Shown here: positions 7,296 through 14,588 of the stretch, piece after piece | How positions within the stretch are numbered: the stretch's first letter is position 1 | Layout: each line of letters starts with the position of its first letter | Virus record (IMG/VR): IMGVR_UViG_3300010158_000034 | DNA: 20,000 bases | DNA from: an uncultured virus (IMG/VR IMGVR_UViG_3300010158_000034) | Lineage: Duplodnaviria; Heunggongvirae; Uroviricota; Caudoviricetes | Direction: 5' to 3' (one strand) | Translations under genes and position numbers: made by a program | Notes under the pieces: generated by a model | Told to the model about the DNA's origin: nothing | Seen by the model: only the letters and a program-made list of their open reading frames with translations | Database searches by the model: none

Positions 7296-8666
7296 TACTG
7301 CCAAACTCCATTCTCCGGCTGGGTAAACACCGTCGTAGCTCTTGCTCCAGGCACTGTGGTACCATTTGTACTGTATACCAGTGGTCAAGTTGGTCACATA
7401 CTGTAGATCAACAGAAGCAACACTGGCAAACACCACTGCCCAATGGCTACCATTGTATTGCACAATGTCTCCGGCATTGGCCACAAGATCTTGACCATCG
7501 GCACCACGCCAGGCCACAGCACCAGCAGGATTGGCATAACTACCAATTTCTTCTGTTAGTAAATATCTAGTTCCTGTGGCAGGATTGGTTAAAAAAGTGC
7601 CAACATTGACCGATTGCGGATTGATAATGGCATTCACAGGACTCAACGTGTTGACAGGCAATGTTGCAGGATAGGGTGAATAAATTAACACACCGGGATC
7701 TGTGGGGTTCACAGCCACAGTGCCGACAATTTCACTACCATTGGGTTGCATTAATCTTATTTCGCTACTGCCGGATACAAAATTACCGTAGGCAGCCAAC
7801 AACCAGCTCCATTGATTCTTTGGAATATTGACAATGTTGAGGAAATCGTTTTCCTCCACCACCTGTGATGACCGTAGCAACGACAGTGTAGCACCAGTAT
7901 TTGTGGTGTTTAGCACAACTCCATACTGGCCAAATGACACCAGCTGTTGTGGACCCAAGGCACCCAAGGAGTCAAGGTCTGAGTAGTTGTTGAGTACAGT
8001 TTGTATCACGCCCATGCGTTTGACTTTGGCACTGGTGGATATCCATATGGGCAATTCAAACTTCATTGTGGCAACGTCTATGGCTTCTTCAGCACCCGCG
8101 GGCACAGTTCTACTGGTCCATGTGCTGTCAGTGAGCAGTGCGTAACTCAAACTGCCCCAATCAACATAGTTGTCGGTGCTTTGAATTTCCATTGCTGGAT
8201 TAAACAACTGAGTCAACTGTTCGATCAACTGTAATTTTTGTTCGGTATTACTGGTCCAAATATCCAGCTTTACTCCTAACTTATAAGGTGCCGGCATCAC
8301 ACGTTCAACAGTGTAATTTTGTCCTTGTGTGGTTCCGTAGGTTCCGGTAACTGGATCAAATGTTCTTTGTCTAATTTGCATACTTTGAACCAAACTGGGA
8401 TCTTGCAGTCTGGTTTGATCATAGTTCAGTGCATCTATATACACAGCCATGGCCGGCACAGTACCCAAGCCATTTTCACTGTTGTTGCGTAAAATTTGTG
8501 CAGCCTGACGACTTTGATCTCCATAAATCACAGGCACACGTTGATAAGTTATGTTGCCACTGCTGTCTCGACCAAACTCAACATAAAAGCCTGACACCAT
8601 GCGTATGAATTGACTTACGAAAGATCGTATCTGTCCAGAATAGAAGAAATTTGAAGGTGCGGTCAT
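7293..8666 (-). CDS. gp15: T4 gp15-like tail sheath stabilizer / tail terminator with C-terminal extension
   Basis: 'FFYSGQIR.FV.QF', 'RVPVIYG', 'PAPYKL..KLDIWT.NTEQKLQLIEQL..LFNP' and 'TMKFELPIWI' resemble T4-gp15_tss. ATGA overlap with the upstream gp14-like gene. Confidence 0.8.
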   Translation of the reverse strand: MTAPSNFFYSGQIRSFVSQFIRMVSGFYVEFGRDSSGNITYQRVPVIYGDQSRQAAQILRNNSENGLGTVPAMAVYIDALNYDQTRLQDPSLVQSMQIRQRTFDPVTGTYGTTQGQNYTVERVMPAPYKLGVKLDIWTSNTEQKLQLIEQLTQLFNPAMEIQSTDNYVDWGSLSYALLTDSTWTSRTVPAGAEEAIDVATMKFELPIWISTSAKVKRMGVIQTVLNNYSDLDSLGALGPQQLVSFGQYGVVLNTTNTGATLSLLRSSQVVEENDFLNIVNIPKNQWSWLLAAYGNFVSGSSEIRLMQPNGSEIVGTVAVNPTDPGVLIYSPYPATLPVNTLSPVNAIINPQSVNVGTFLTNPATGTRYLLTEEIGSYANPAGAVAWRGADGQDLVANAGDIVQYNGSHWAVVFASVASVDLQYVTNLTTGIQYKWYHSAWSKSYDGVYPAGEWSLAV

Positions 8667-10039
8667 GAATTGTCAGCTTTCGGTGTAAGTGCAGAACTAA
8701 GGCTTTGCTTTGATGGCACAGTGACATTGCCCACTGTGGTAAATGTATCGGTGTTGTTGACAAATGTGCCAATCAATGTGTGATTGTCTGCACCTTGACT
8801 CAGGTTGGTGCGTACTACATCATTGAACATGCTCCAACGATTGCCAACAAATCTAAACACACGATTTGGCAAATAGTCTGTGCGTAAAAAGAAATCTCCC
8901 ACCTGTGGGTGTGTTGGGAATGAAGTGCCAGCACTCATGGCCAAACCATTGGGTGCAACACTGTCACCCACAACATAACCTGGCAATGCAGCCAATGGAG
9001 AGATAGGAACCTCGTCTGCTGTGCTTATTCGTCCTGCCCCATCAGCTGTTTCTTGTGTTTGATCACCCGAGCTGACATCAACGTTGAACAATGTGCCATC
9101 CTGGTTTCGTGGGAAGTTGTAAAAACTACTGGTGTCGTAGCCCGACCGTGGAACATTTTGTACAGCCTCAGCGACCACAGCATCGTTGATGGCAATGGTA
9201 CCATTGTAAGCACTCATGATTTGACCGATGGGAGTAACGCCATCACTGGCAACAAGATTGTTGATAATGTCCTTGTATTCTTGACTGTCCACCAAGGGAT
9301 TAATTTTAACACGCCAAAGATGTGGCCACCAGGTTGGACTGAACCCTTCGCTGGAGAAACTGGCATCGCCCACTACATAAAATCTTTTGAGTGCTGCCGG
9401 AACATCCTGAGTGAGTGAGTCGTAATCGGTCAAGTGTTGCAGTTCTAAAACATCACCCGCCATGATCTTACGCCCAATCATGTCAACCATGTCACGCAGA
9501 TGAAATGTCATAAAAATAGTACCAGTTTGTAAAAACAAACCAAATTGGGTTAAATCAAAGTCTTGATCTTGTCTTTGATAAATGCCACGCATGGTGTATA
9601 CTGAAGTGTCGTATTTTCTATCTCTATTTTCTACCCACAACAAGTCTTGAATGTTTAACTCACTTTGATTGGTATAACTGGGTTGTGCAGAACTAATGCT
9701 GATTCCAATGGCAGTACCGGATGGAACAGCACCAAGCGTACTGGCACTTAATGTTATGGTTGTGGCTGTTTTGGCTGCTACAGTGGTGTTGGCAGGAATA
9801 TTGGTGCCGGTTACTGTGTTGCCTAGATCAATAGTGGCAGTGCTGGATAAGGTCAATACTGTGCCGGCCGCTGCCTGATCCGCCGACGTGGTCAGTTGTG
9901 TGCCTTGAGGGTTGGTTCCCAGGTATTTGTGCAACAATATACCAGTGCCACCCAAGGTAAACATTTCAGACATTCTACGGTCCATGAATTTAAAATCATT
10001 TGAATGTCTACCGTCTTGCCATAAACTTATTCTGCCCAA
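8663..10039 (-). CDS. gp14: T4 gp14-like neck / head-completion protein
   Basis: TTG start with SD GGAG (10050-10047). 'IQDLLW.ENRDRKYD', 'FDLTQFGLFL...IFMTFH' and 'GRKIMAGDVLEL' motifs. Directly upstream of the gp15-like gene. Confidence 0.7.
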   Translation of the reverse strand: MGRISLWQDGRHSNDFKFMDRRMSEMFTLGGTGILLHKYLGTNPQGTQLTTSADQAAAGTVLTLSSTATIDLGNTVTGTNIPANTTVAAKTATTITLSASTLGAVPSGTAIGISISSAQPSYTNQSELNIQDLLWVENRDRKYDTSVYTMRGIYQRQDQDFDLTQFGLFLQTGTIFMTFHLRDMVDMIGRKIMAGDVLELQHLTDYDSLTQDVPAALKRFYVVGDASFSSEGFSPTWWPHLWRVKINPLVDSQEYKDIINNLVASDGVTPIGQIMSAYNGTIAINDAVVAEAVQNVPRSGYDTSSFYNFPRNQDGTLFNVDVSSGDQTQETADGAGRISTADEVPISPLAALPGYVVGDSVAPNGLAMSAGTSFPTHPQVGDFFLRTDYLPNRVFRFVGNRWSMFNDVVRTNLSQGADNHTLIGTFVNNTDTFTTVGNVTVPSKQSLSSALTPKADNS

Positions 10040-10063
10040 AATACTTCTCCGATAATTATCTAG

Positions 10064-10071
10064 TATTTATG
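10064..10071 (-). promoter_or_regulatory. T4-late-like promoter CATAAATA for the gp14-gp15 unit
   Basis: Reverse complement of TATTTATG, 24 nt upstream of the TTG start; 7/8 match to T4 late consensus TATAAATA. Confidence 0.7.
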
Positions 10072-10074
10072 GAT

Positions 10075-10103
10075 TTGACTGCTAAGTAAATTTAACGTAT
10101 AAT
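10075..10103 (+). promoter_or_regulatory. sigma70-type promoter (leaderless geometry)
   Basis: TTGACT (10075-10080), 17-nt spacer, TATAAT (10098-10103), 6 nt, then ATG 10110. Confidence 0.85.
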
Positions 10104-10109
10104 AACATT

Positions 10110-10367
10110 ATGGATTTAAACACTAAAAAACGCTTGGATGATACATTTTTTCAAATAATCCGTTTACCAATGGATGCAGAAAAGATACGCGATCTTAAAA
10201 AAATATGGAAAAACTGTAGCGAAACATGGGCAGACATGAGCAGAGAAGAAGTAAATTGTCGCAGATTGGGCCGGAAAACCCCACATTATTTAGAACTAGA
10301 ACTGCAAGTGGCAGAAGGCTTAGACCTGCTGGAACAGTACCTGACCTTTGCCACACTGTTGAGTTGA
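10110..10367 (+). CDS. Hypothetical protein (85 aa, helical, charged)
   Basis: ORF directly after a near-consensus sigma70 promoter, filling the gap; no recognisable motif. Confidence 0.7.
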   Translation: MDLNTKKRLDDTFFQIIRLPMDAEKIRDLKKIWKNCSETWADMSREEVNCRRLGRKTPHYLELELQVAEGLDLLEQYLTFATLLS

Positions 10368-10392
10368 CCGATAATGCCCGACGTGCTATAAT
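10364..10392 (+). promoter_or_regulatory. sigma70-type promoter with extended -10
   Basis: TTGACC (10364-10369), 17-nt spacer, TGcTATAAT (-10 at 10387-10392). SD AAGGA 10410-10414 before ATG 10420. Confidence 0.85.
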
Positions 10393-10419
10393 ATGTAATA
10401 TTGACATTCAAGGAACGCA

Positions 10420-11589
10420 ATGAAACTAAACGGTAAAACAGTACGGGCCAAGGTTAGAGCCACTCGTAATCCATTGTTCGGTGACGAAAAGTATGTGGGT
10501 GGTGAACCGGTGTGGGACACAGAACGTGCTGAAAAAATGTCCGATGCGGACTTTGATCATTTTTTACGCAAGAGTTTTTACTATTACAATTATTTTTACA
10601 CTCAAAAAGACACTAAAAAATATGTGGTTGAGTGGCTTAAACAGCAAGAAAACTTTTTAAAAGAAGATATACGTGCATTTGAACGTAGTTCAGACCGTGC
10701 AACCTCCATGACAGTACACAGTTTGATCATGGCACATCGCCAAGGCATGCCCTTGCTTGAACGTCATCTTAAATTCATCGGTGAGCAAATTGAACGTGCT
10801 GTCAAGGGTGCAGATGCTGAGGTGGTGGAGGTGCCAGCGGCTGAGGCTCCACGAGCCACAGTGCCTACTATTCAAGATCGTTTGAACGAAAAAACAGCAG
10901 ACACCATTGGCGAATTGGAAGGTCACTATGATGAGTTTCTCAAGAATCCCCGGTATCAATTCAAGCCCTATGATTTTTTGGTGGCCAATAATGTGCCACA
11001 AAGCCAGTTAACCAAGTATGAACTCTTGTTTCAGACTAGATTTGACGAACTTAAAACAGCATTTACCAAAACTGATGAGCAGTTATCCGAAGGATACAGC
11101 CACTACAAAATTGGAGACTACAAGCGAATCATGTCTTTTATTGATCAAATCTTAAACGACATCATACAGTATCGCGGAGTCAAGCGAGCCACTAAGAAAG
11201 TCCGAGCACCCAAGAGTATACCCAAAGAAAAAACAGTGGCCAAATTGAAGTATGCTAGGGAAGACAAAGTACTGCGTTTGGTCAGTGTTCCGGCCACCGA
11301 CATTGTTGGGGCCCAGACTCTGTGGTGTTACGATACAAAAACACGCAAGATAATTGTGTACTATGCCGACAGTTTAACTGGACCACTAACAGTCAAAGGC
11401 ACCAGCATTGCTGGATTTGATGTTGCTAGATCCGTAACAAAAACTTTAAGAAAGCCCGAAGAGCAACTAAAAGAATTTGCTAGAGCCTCCAAAGTTGAAT
11501 TGCGTAAGTTTGTAGACGGGATCAAAACAACAGAAGCAAAAGCCAACGGTCGCATAAACCCCAATCAAATCCTGCTTAAAACAATATAA
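10420..11589 (+). CDS. Hypothetical phage protein (389 aa; helical N-terminus, basic beta-rich C-terminus)
   Basis: Long ORF with its own promoter and SD. C-terminal 'IVGAQTLWCYDTKTRK...VKGTSI.GFD...KTLRKPEEQL...NGRIN' looks like a conserved hypothetical of large T4-like phages; function unknown. Confidence 0.8.
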   Translation: MKLNGKTVRAKVRATRNPLFGDEKYVGGEPVWDTERAEKMSDADFDHFLRKSFYYYNYFYTQKDTKKYVVEWLKQQENFLKEDIRAFERSSDRATSMTVHSLIMAHRQGMPLLERHLKFIGEQIERAVKGADAEVVEVPAAEAPRATVPTIQDRLNEKTADTIGELEGHYDEFLKNPRYQFKPYDFLVANNVPQSQLTKYELLFQTRFDELKTAFTKTDEQLSEGYSHYKIGDYKRIMSFIDQILNDIIQYRGVKRATKKVRAPKSIPKEKTVAKLKYAREDKVLRLVSVPATDIVGAQTLWCYDTKTRKIIVYYADSLTGPLTVKGTSIAGFDVARSVTKTLRKPEEQLKEFARASKVELRKFVDGIKTTEAKANGRINPNQILLKTI

Positions 11590-11605
11590 ACAATTTCTTT
11601 TTGTT

Positions 11606-11613
11606 TATAAATA
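11606..11613 (+). promoter_or_regulatory. T4 late promoter consensus TATAAATA upstream of gp13
   Basis: Exact TATAAATA 21 nt before ATG 11635, overlapped by a 9-bp inverted repeat (11585-11609). Confidence 0.8.
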
Positions 11614-11634
11614 CTGTATAATCGGACCATTCCA

Positions 11635-12567
11635 ATGACACAGTATAGTACCCCGCAGACCACCCCAGAGATAACTGCCAACATAACTGCTTTTGGCAGT
11701 TTACCCACCAAGAGTCTTTTCGATGCCAACACTGGCACAGGGTCTGGCAGTATACAGTTTGACCCCAACACCTTGCCCACCGGCAATGCTCAACGTGCGG
11801 CCATTACCGACTACATTCGTGTTAGATTGGGTGACGGATTGATAGATGTAGAATTGGAAAAAGGCCACTACGAAATGGCCATCAATCAAGCCTTGCTTAA
11901 ATATCGCCAACGTGCTGCCAATTCCACTGAAGAAAGTTTTGCTTTTTTAGATCTATTACCAGAAACACAGGAATATATACTGCCCCGAGAAGTACAGGTG
12001 GTCAAAGCCGCTTATCGTCGTGGTATTGGGTCAGTTACAGGCACAACTGCCAGTCAATTTGAACCATTTGCATCGGGATATTTAAACACGTATATGTTGC
12101 AGGCTGGACGTGTGGGCGGATTAACCAACTATGAGCTGTTTGTGGACTATCAAAAATTAGCCATGAAGATGTTTGGTGGATTGTTGAATTATACATTCAA
12201 TCCCACTACTAAAAAATTAACCATCATTCGTAAAATGCCCTACGGTTACGGTGGCAGTACCGGTGGGTCACAGGGTCAAAATCCTTTTGAAAGTGTGTTG
12301 TTGCACATATACAATACCAAGCCGGACCAAATGATACTAAACGACACCTACAGTTTTCCTTGGATACAAGAATATGCCTACAGCTTTGCCAAACGTATTC
12401 TGGGACAGGCCTACAGTAAATTTTCGCAGATTGCAGGGCCACAAGGCGGCGCCAGTTTAAACGGTGCTGCAATGGTACAAGAAGCTCAGGCTGAAATGGA
12501 ACGACTGGAATATGAAATTGTCAACTATGTTGACAATGGCATGCCCTTGACTTGGGTTATTGGCTAA
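11635..12567 (+). CDS. gp13: T4 gp13-like neck protein (head-tail adaptor)
   Basis: 'I.DYIR.RLGDG.IDVEL...HYE.AI.QAL..Y' and 'WIQEYA...AKRILGQA.SKF..I.GPQGG..LNG..M.QEA..EMERLE' follow the gp13 family pattern. Confidence 0.85.
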   Translation: MTQYSTPQTTPEITANITAFGSLPTKSLFDANTGTGSGSIQFDPNTLPTGNAQRAAITDYIRVRLGDGLIDVELEKGHYEMAINQALLKYRQRAANSTEESFAFLDLLPETQEYILPREVQVVKAAYRRGIGSVTGTTASQFEPFASGYLNTYMLQAGRVGGLTNYELFVDYQKLAMKMFGGLLNYTFNPTTKKLTIIRKMPYGYGGSTGGSQGQNPFESVLLHIYNTKPDQMILNDTYSFPWIQEYAYSFAKRILGQAYSKFSQIAGPQGGASLNGAAMVQEAQAEMERLEYEIVNYVDNGMPLTWVIG

Positions 12568-12570
12568 TCA

Positions 12571-13056
12571 ATGCGTATCACTGAAATAACAACAGAATCT
12601 GTCGTAAATGAATTGGGCAATAGGCCCTATCCGTTTAAAATAGATCCCAATGGCTGGAAAGAATATAAAAGTGTCACCAGTCGAGATGGTAAAATCAACG
12701 TGGTTTTTGAGTGGAGGCCCGGCTCCGACAATGGCGCCATTGATGTCTCGTTTTAAGTCAACGGCACACAAGCCATTACCGGCGGTGGTGACGCTTTTAG
12801 AATCTTCAGCACAGTGGCACAGATAATACAGAAACGACTGCCCCCCATGATACGGCAACTTGAACCCGGTGACGTCTGGTTTCACGCACATGATGAAGCC
12901 AGTCGTGTGAGTTTGTATGACAAATATGCAGTGAGATTTTTTAACCAACTGCTTGGCCCTGATTGGCAATTCAAGAGAAGTGTCAACCCCAAAAACCGAG
13001 ACGTCATGTACCGATGGGAACGCAAATACAATGGTAACGACATTGATTTTGATTGA
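12571..13056 (+). pseudogene. Single ~161-codon gene interrupted by an in-frame TAA at 12754-12756 (nonsense allele, sequence error or readthrough); possible GNAT-like fold
   Basis: ORFs 12571-12756 and 12814-13056 share a frame (offset 243 nt) and the intervening codons read on: ...IDVSF*VNGTQAITGGGDAFRIFSTVAQIIQ... Confidence 0.7.
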
Positions 13057-13065
13057 TTTTTTTGC

Positions 13066-13071
13066 TAAATA
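13066..13071 (+). promoter_or_regulatory. Late-like TAAATA box 5 nt before ATG 13077
   Basis: GCTAAATACTCATATG; no SD. Confidence 0.65.
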
Positions 13072-13076
13072 CTCAT

Positions 13077-13478
13077 ATGAAAATTAACGAAATTCTATTA
13101 GAAGATGCCGCTGGTGGTCCACCTAAAACACACGGCACATTTACCGATTTAGACGCTGACCAAGATGCATCCTTACCGGGTGTTTGGGTACAACGACAGT
13201 TACGCAATACAGATCCCTACATGCAATACCGCTATGGACTGGCACTGGCAGCTGCTCGTGCCGATGCAGCGGGCCATGTGGCATTTTCACAAGAAAGTCC
13301 TTGGGCAGAGAACTTGACCATTGTTGGATATACTCCGGAAGATGCAGAAGTAATTAGAATGGCAGACAAACTAATGGGCGTTCACGCCACACGCATTGCC
13401 GACGATGCCAGTAGAGAAGCAAAGGGAGTGAACACACAAAGCCCAATGCGACCACGTGGATCAATCACCAAAAAATAA
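13077..13478 (+). CDS. Hypothetical protein, candidate internal head protein (start corrected to ATG 13077, MKINEILLE)
   Basis: ATG just after a TAAATA box; N-terminus resembles T4 capsid-targeting sequences. Confidence 0.65.
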   Translation: MKINEILLEDAAGGPPKTHGTFTDLDADQDASLPGVWVQRQLRNTDPYMQYRYGLALAAARADAAGHVAFSQESPWAENLTIVGYTPEDAEVIRMADKLMGVHATRIADDASREAKGVNTQSPMRPRGSITKK

Positions 13479-13479
13479 C

Positions 13480-13531
13480 TTGACTCGGCGTAACAAATAT
13501 GTAATAATGCTCTTATATAGGAGCATTTTTT
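13480..13531 (+). promoter_or_regulatory. Probable sigma70 promoter plus hairpin covering the dNMP kinase SD
   Basis: TTGACT 13480-13485, 17-nt spacer ending in TGt, then AATAAT 13503-13508. Stem AATGCTC (13506-13512) / GAGCATT (13521-13527) includes AGGAG (13519-13523), followed by a T-run to 13531. Confidence 0.6.
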
Positions 13532-14215
13532 ATGACTAAAAAATTAATTGGTGTTGTGGGATTAATCTCAAGTGGCAAAGATACCATTGCTGATTATCTT
13601 TGTAATTTTCAAGGGTTTCGTCGAGAATCATTTGCCAACAGTTTGAAAGACGCTGTGAGCATGGTGTTTGGTTGGGATCGTACCATGTTGGAAGGGCGAA
13701 CCAAACAAGCTCGCGAATGGCGCGAACAAGTAGATCCATGGTGGGCCGAACGTTTAAACATGCCCAATTTAACACCACGCTGGGTGTTGCAATACTGGGG
13801 TACAGAAGTTTGTCGTAGGGGTTTCAACGATGACATCTGGATTGCCAGCTTGGAAAACAAACTTCGTACAAGTCAAGATGACATTGTCATCAGCGATTGC
13901 AGATTCCCCAACGAAATTGCAACAATTAAATCTGCCGGTGGAACAGTGGTTCGTGTACGTCGCGGCGACGATCCTGTTTGGTATAGTATTGCTCAACGTG
14001 CCAACCAGGGTGACTCAATCGCACAGAGACAGTTGGCAGAGTTTAATGTACACATCAGTGAAACTGCTTGGATTGGCACAGGTTTTGATCACACAATTGA
14101 CAACAATGGAACCATTGACGAATTATATCAACAAATCAAAAATCTGGTACAAGTGGACTCTGGCGCCAAGGCAAGCGACTCCGCTGAACTTCCTGAGTAC
14201 AATTCAAACATATAG
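13532..14215 (+). CDS. gp1: Deoxynucleoside monophosphate kinase (T4 gp1-like)
   Basis: P-loop 'IGVVGLISSGKDTIADYL', plus 'SFANSLKDAV', 'TPRWVLQYWGTEV.R', 'DIWI', 'VISDCRFPNE' and 'H.SE'. Confidence 0.92.
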   Translation: MTKKLIGVVGLISSGKDTIADYLCNFQGFRRESFANSLKDAVSMVFGWDRTMLEGRTKQAREWREQVDPWWAERLNMPNLTPRWVLQYWGTEVCRRGFNDDIWIASLENKLRTSQDDIVISDCRFPNEIATIKSAGGTVVRVRRGDDPVWYSIAQRANQGDSIAQRQLAEFNVHISETAWIGTGFDHTIDNNGTIDELYQQIKNLVQVDSGAKASDSAELPEYNSNI

Positions 14216-14486
14216 TCTTCAAGTTTAGCCAGTTGTTGTTTTTTAAGTTACCGTCAACATAAAACACACCCAGTTGCTCTGGGTGTCGTGCTTTAAATCC
14301 ACATTTCTCACATCGTTCTTTTTTACTGTATCCTGCTCGGTGCCATGCCGGCGGCTCCGGTTTGTATTTAATTCCTTTTCTCAAACAGGTATCACAGAAT
14401 TTTCTGTAGTAGATTTTATTGTTCCGGTGAAAATTAACAGCCACTGGGCGTTGATTACAATGCGGGCACGTTTTACGGGGTAACAT
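14136..14486 (-). CDS. Zn-finger / degenerate HNH-like protein (start corrected to ATG 14486, MLPRKTCPHC)
   Basis: Four CxxC pairs (CPHC, CDTC, CEKC, CLNC) and HNH-like 'LGVFYVDGNLKNNNWLNLKTICLNC'. Exact TATAAATA 5 nt upstream on the minus strand. Confidence 0.75.
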   Translation of the reverse strand: MLPRKTCPHCNQRPVAVNFHRNNKIYYRKFCDTCLRKGIKYKPEPPAWHRAGYSKKERCEKCGFKARHPEQLGVFYVDGNLKNNNWLNLKTICLNCTQEVQRSRLPWRQSPLVPDF

Positions 14487-14491
14487 GTAGT

Positions 14492-14558
14492 TATTTATAC
14501 CCTTGCCCTTTATTAAAGGGCAGTCAAACCGCATGAAAAATTACTTAATCGGTAAATA
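14492..14558. promoter_or_regulatory. Divergent late promoters flanking a 19-bp palindrome
   Basis: TATAAATA on minus (14499-14492), TGCCCTTTA-T-TAAAGGGCA (14504-14522), TAAATA on plus (14553-14558). SD AAGGA lies just before the sheath ATG 14589. Confidence 0.7.
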
Positions 14559-14588
14559 TCTATAACAGTACTTTAAAGGAACATTACC

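Noticed and set aside
12754..12756. Genome-wide stop-codon reassignment
   Set aside because: TAA, TAG (gp15, dNMP kinase) and TGA (gp14, gp18, Nudix) all end genes at plausible positions, and only one internal stop was seen.
12568..12969. 133-aa minus-strand ORF spanning the TAA site as the real gene
   Set aside because: Protein looks non-biological and has no expression signals, while the plus frame has a sensible start just after gp13.
7560..14370. Intragenic TAAATA hexamers (7560-7565 +, 11898-11903 +, 12079-12084 -, 14365-14370 -) as promoters
   Set aside because: Not positioned before a gene start and compatible with chance in AT-rich DNA; they show the hexamer alone is not proof of a promoter.
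14136..14534. Active homing endonuclease or mobile intron; also the longer start at 14534
   Set aside because: Catalytic His residues are absent and no neighbouring gene is split. The longer start would run through the promoter and palindrome.
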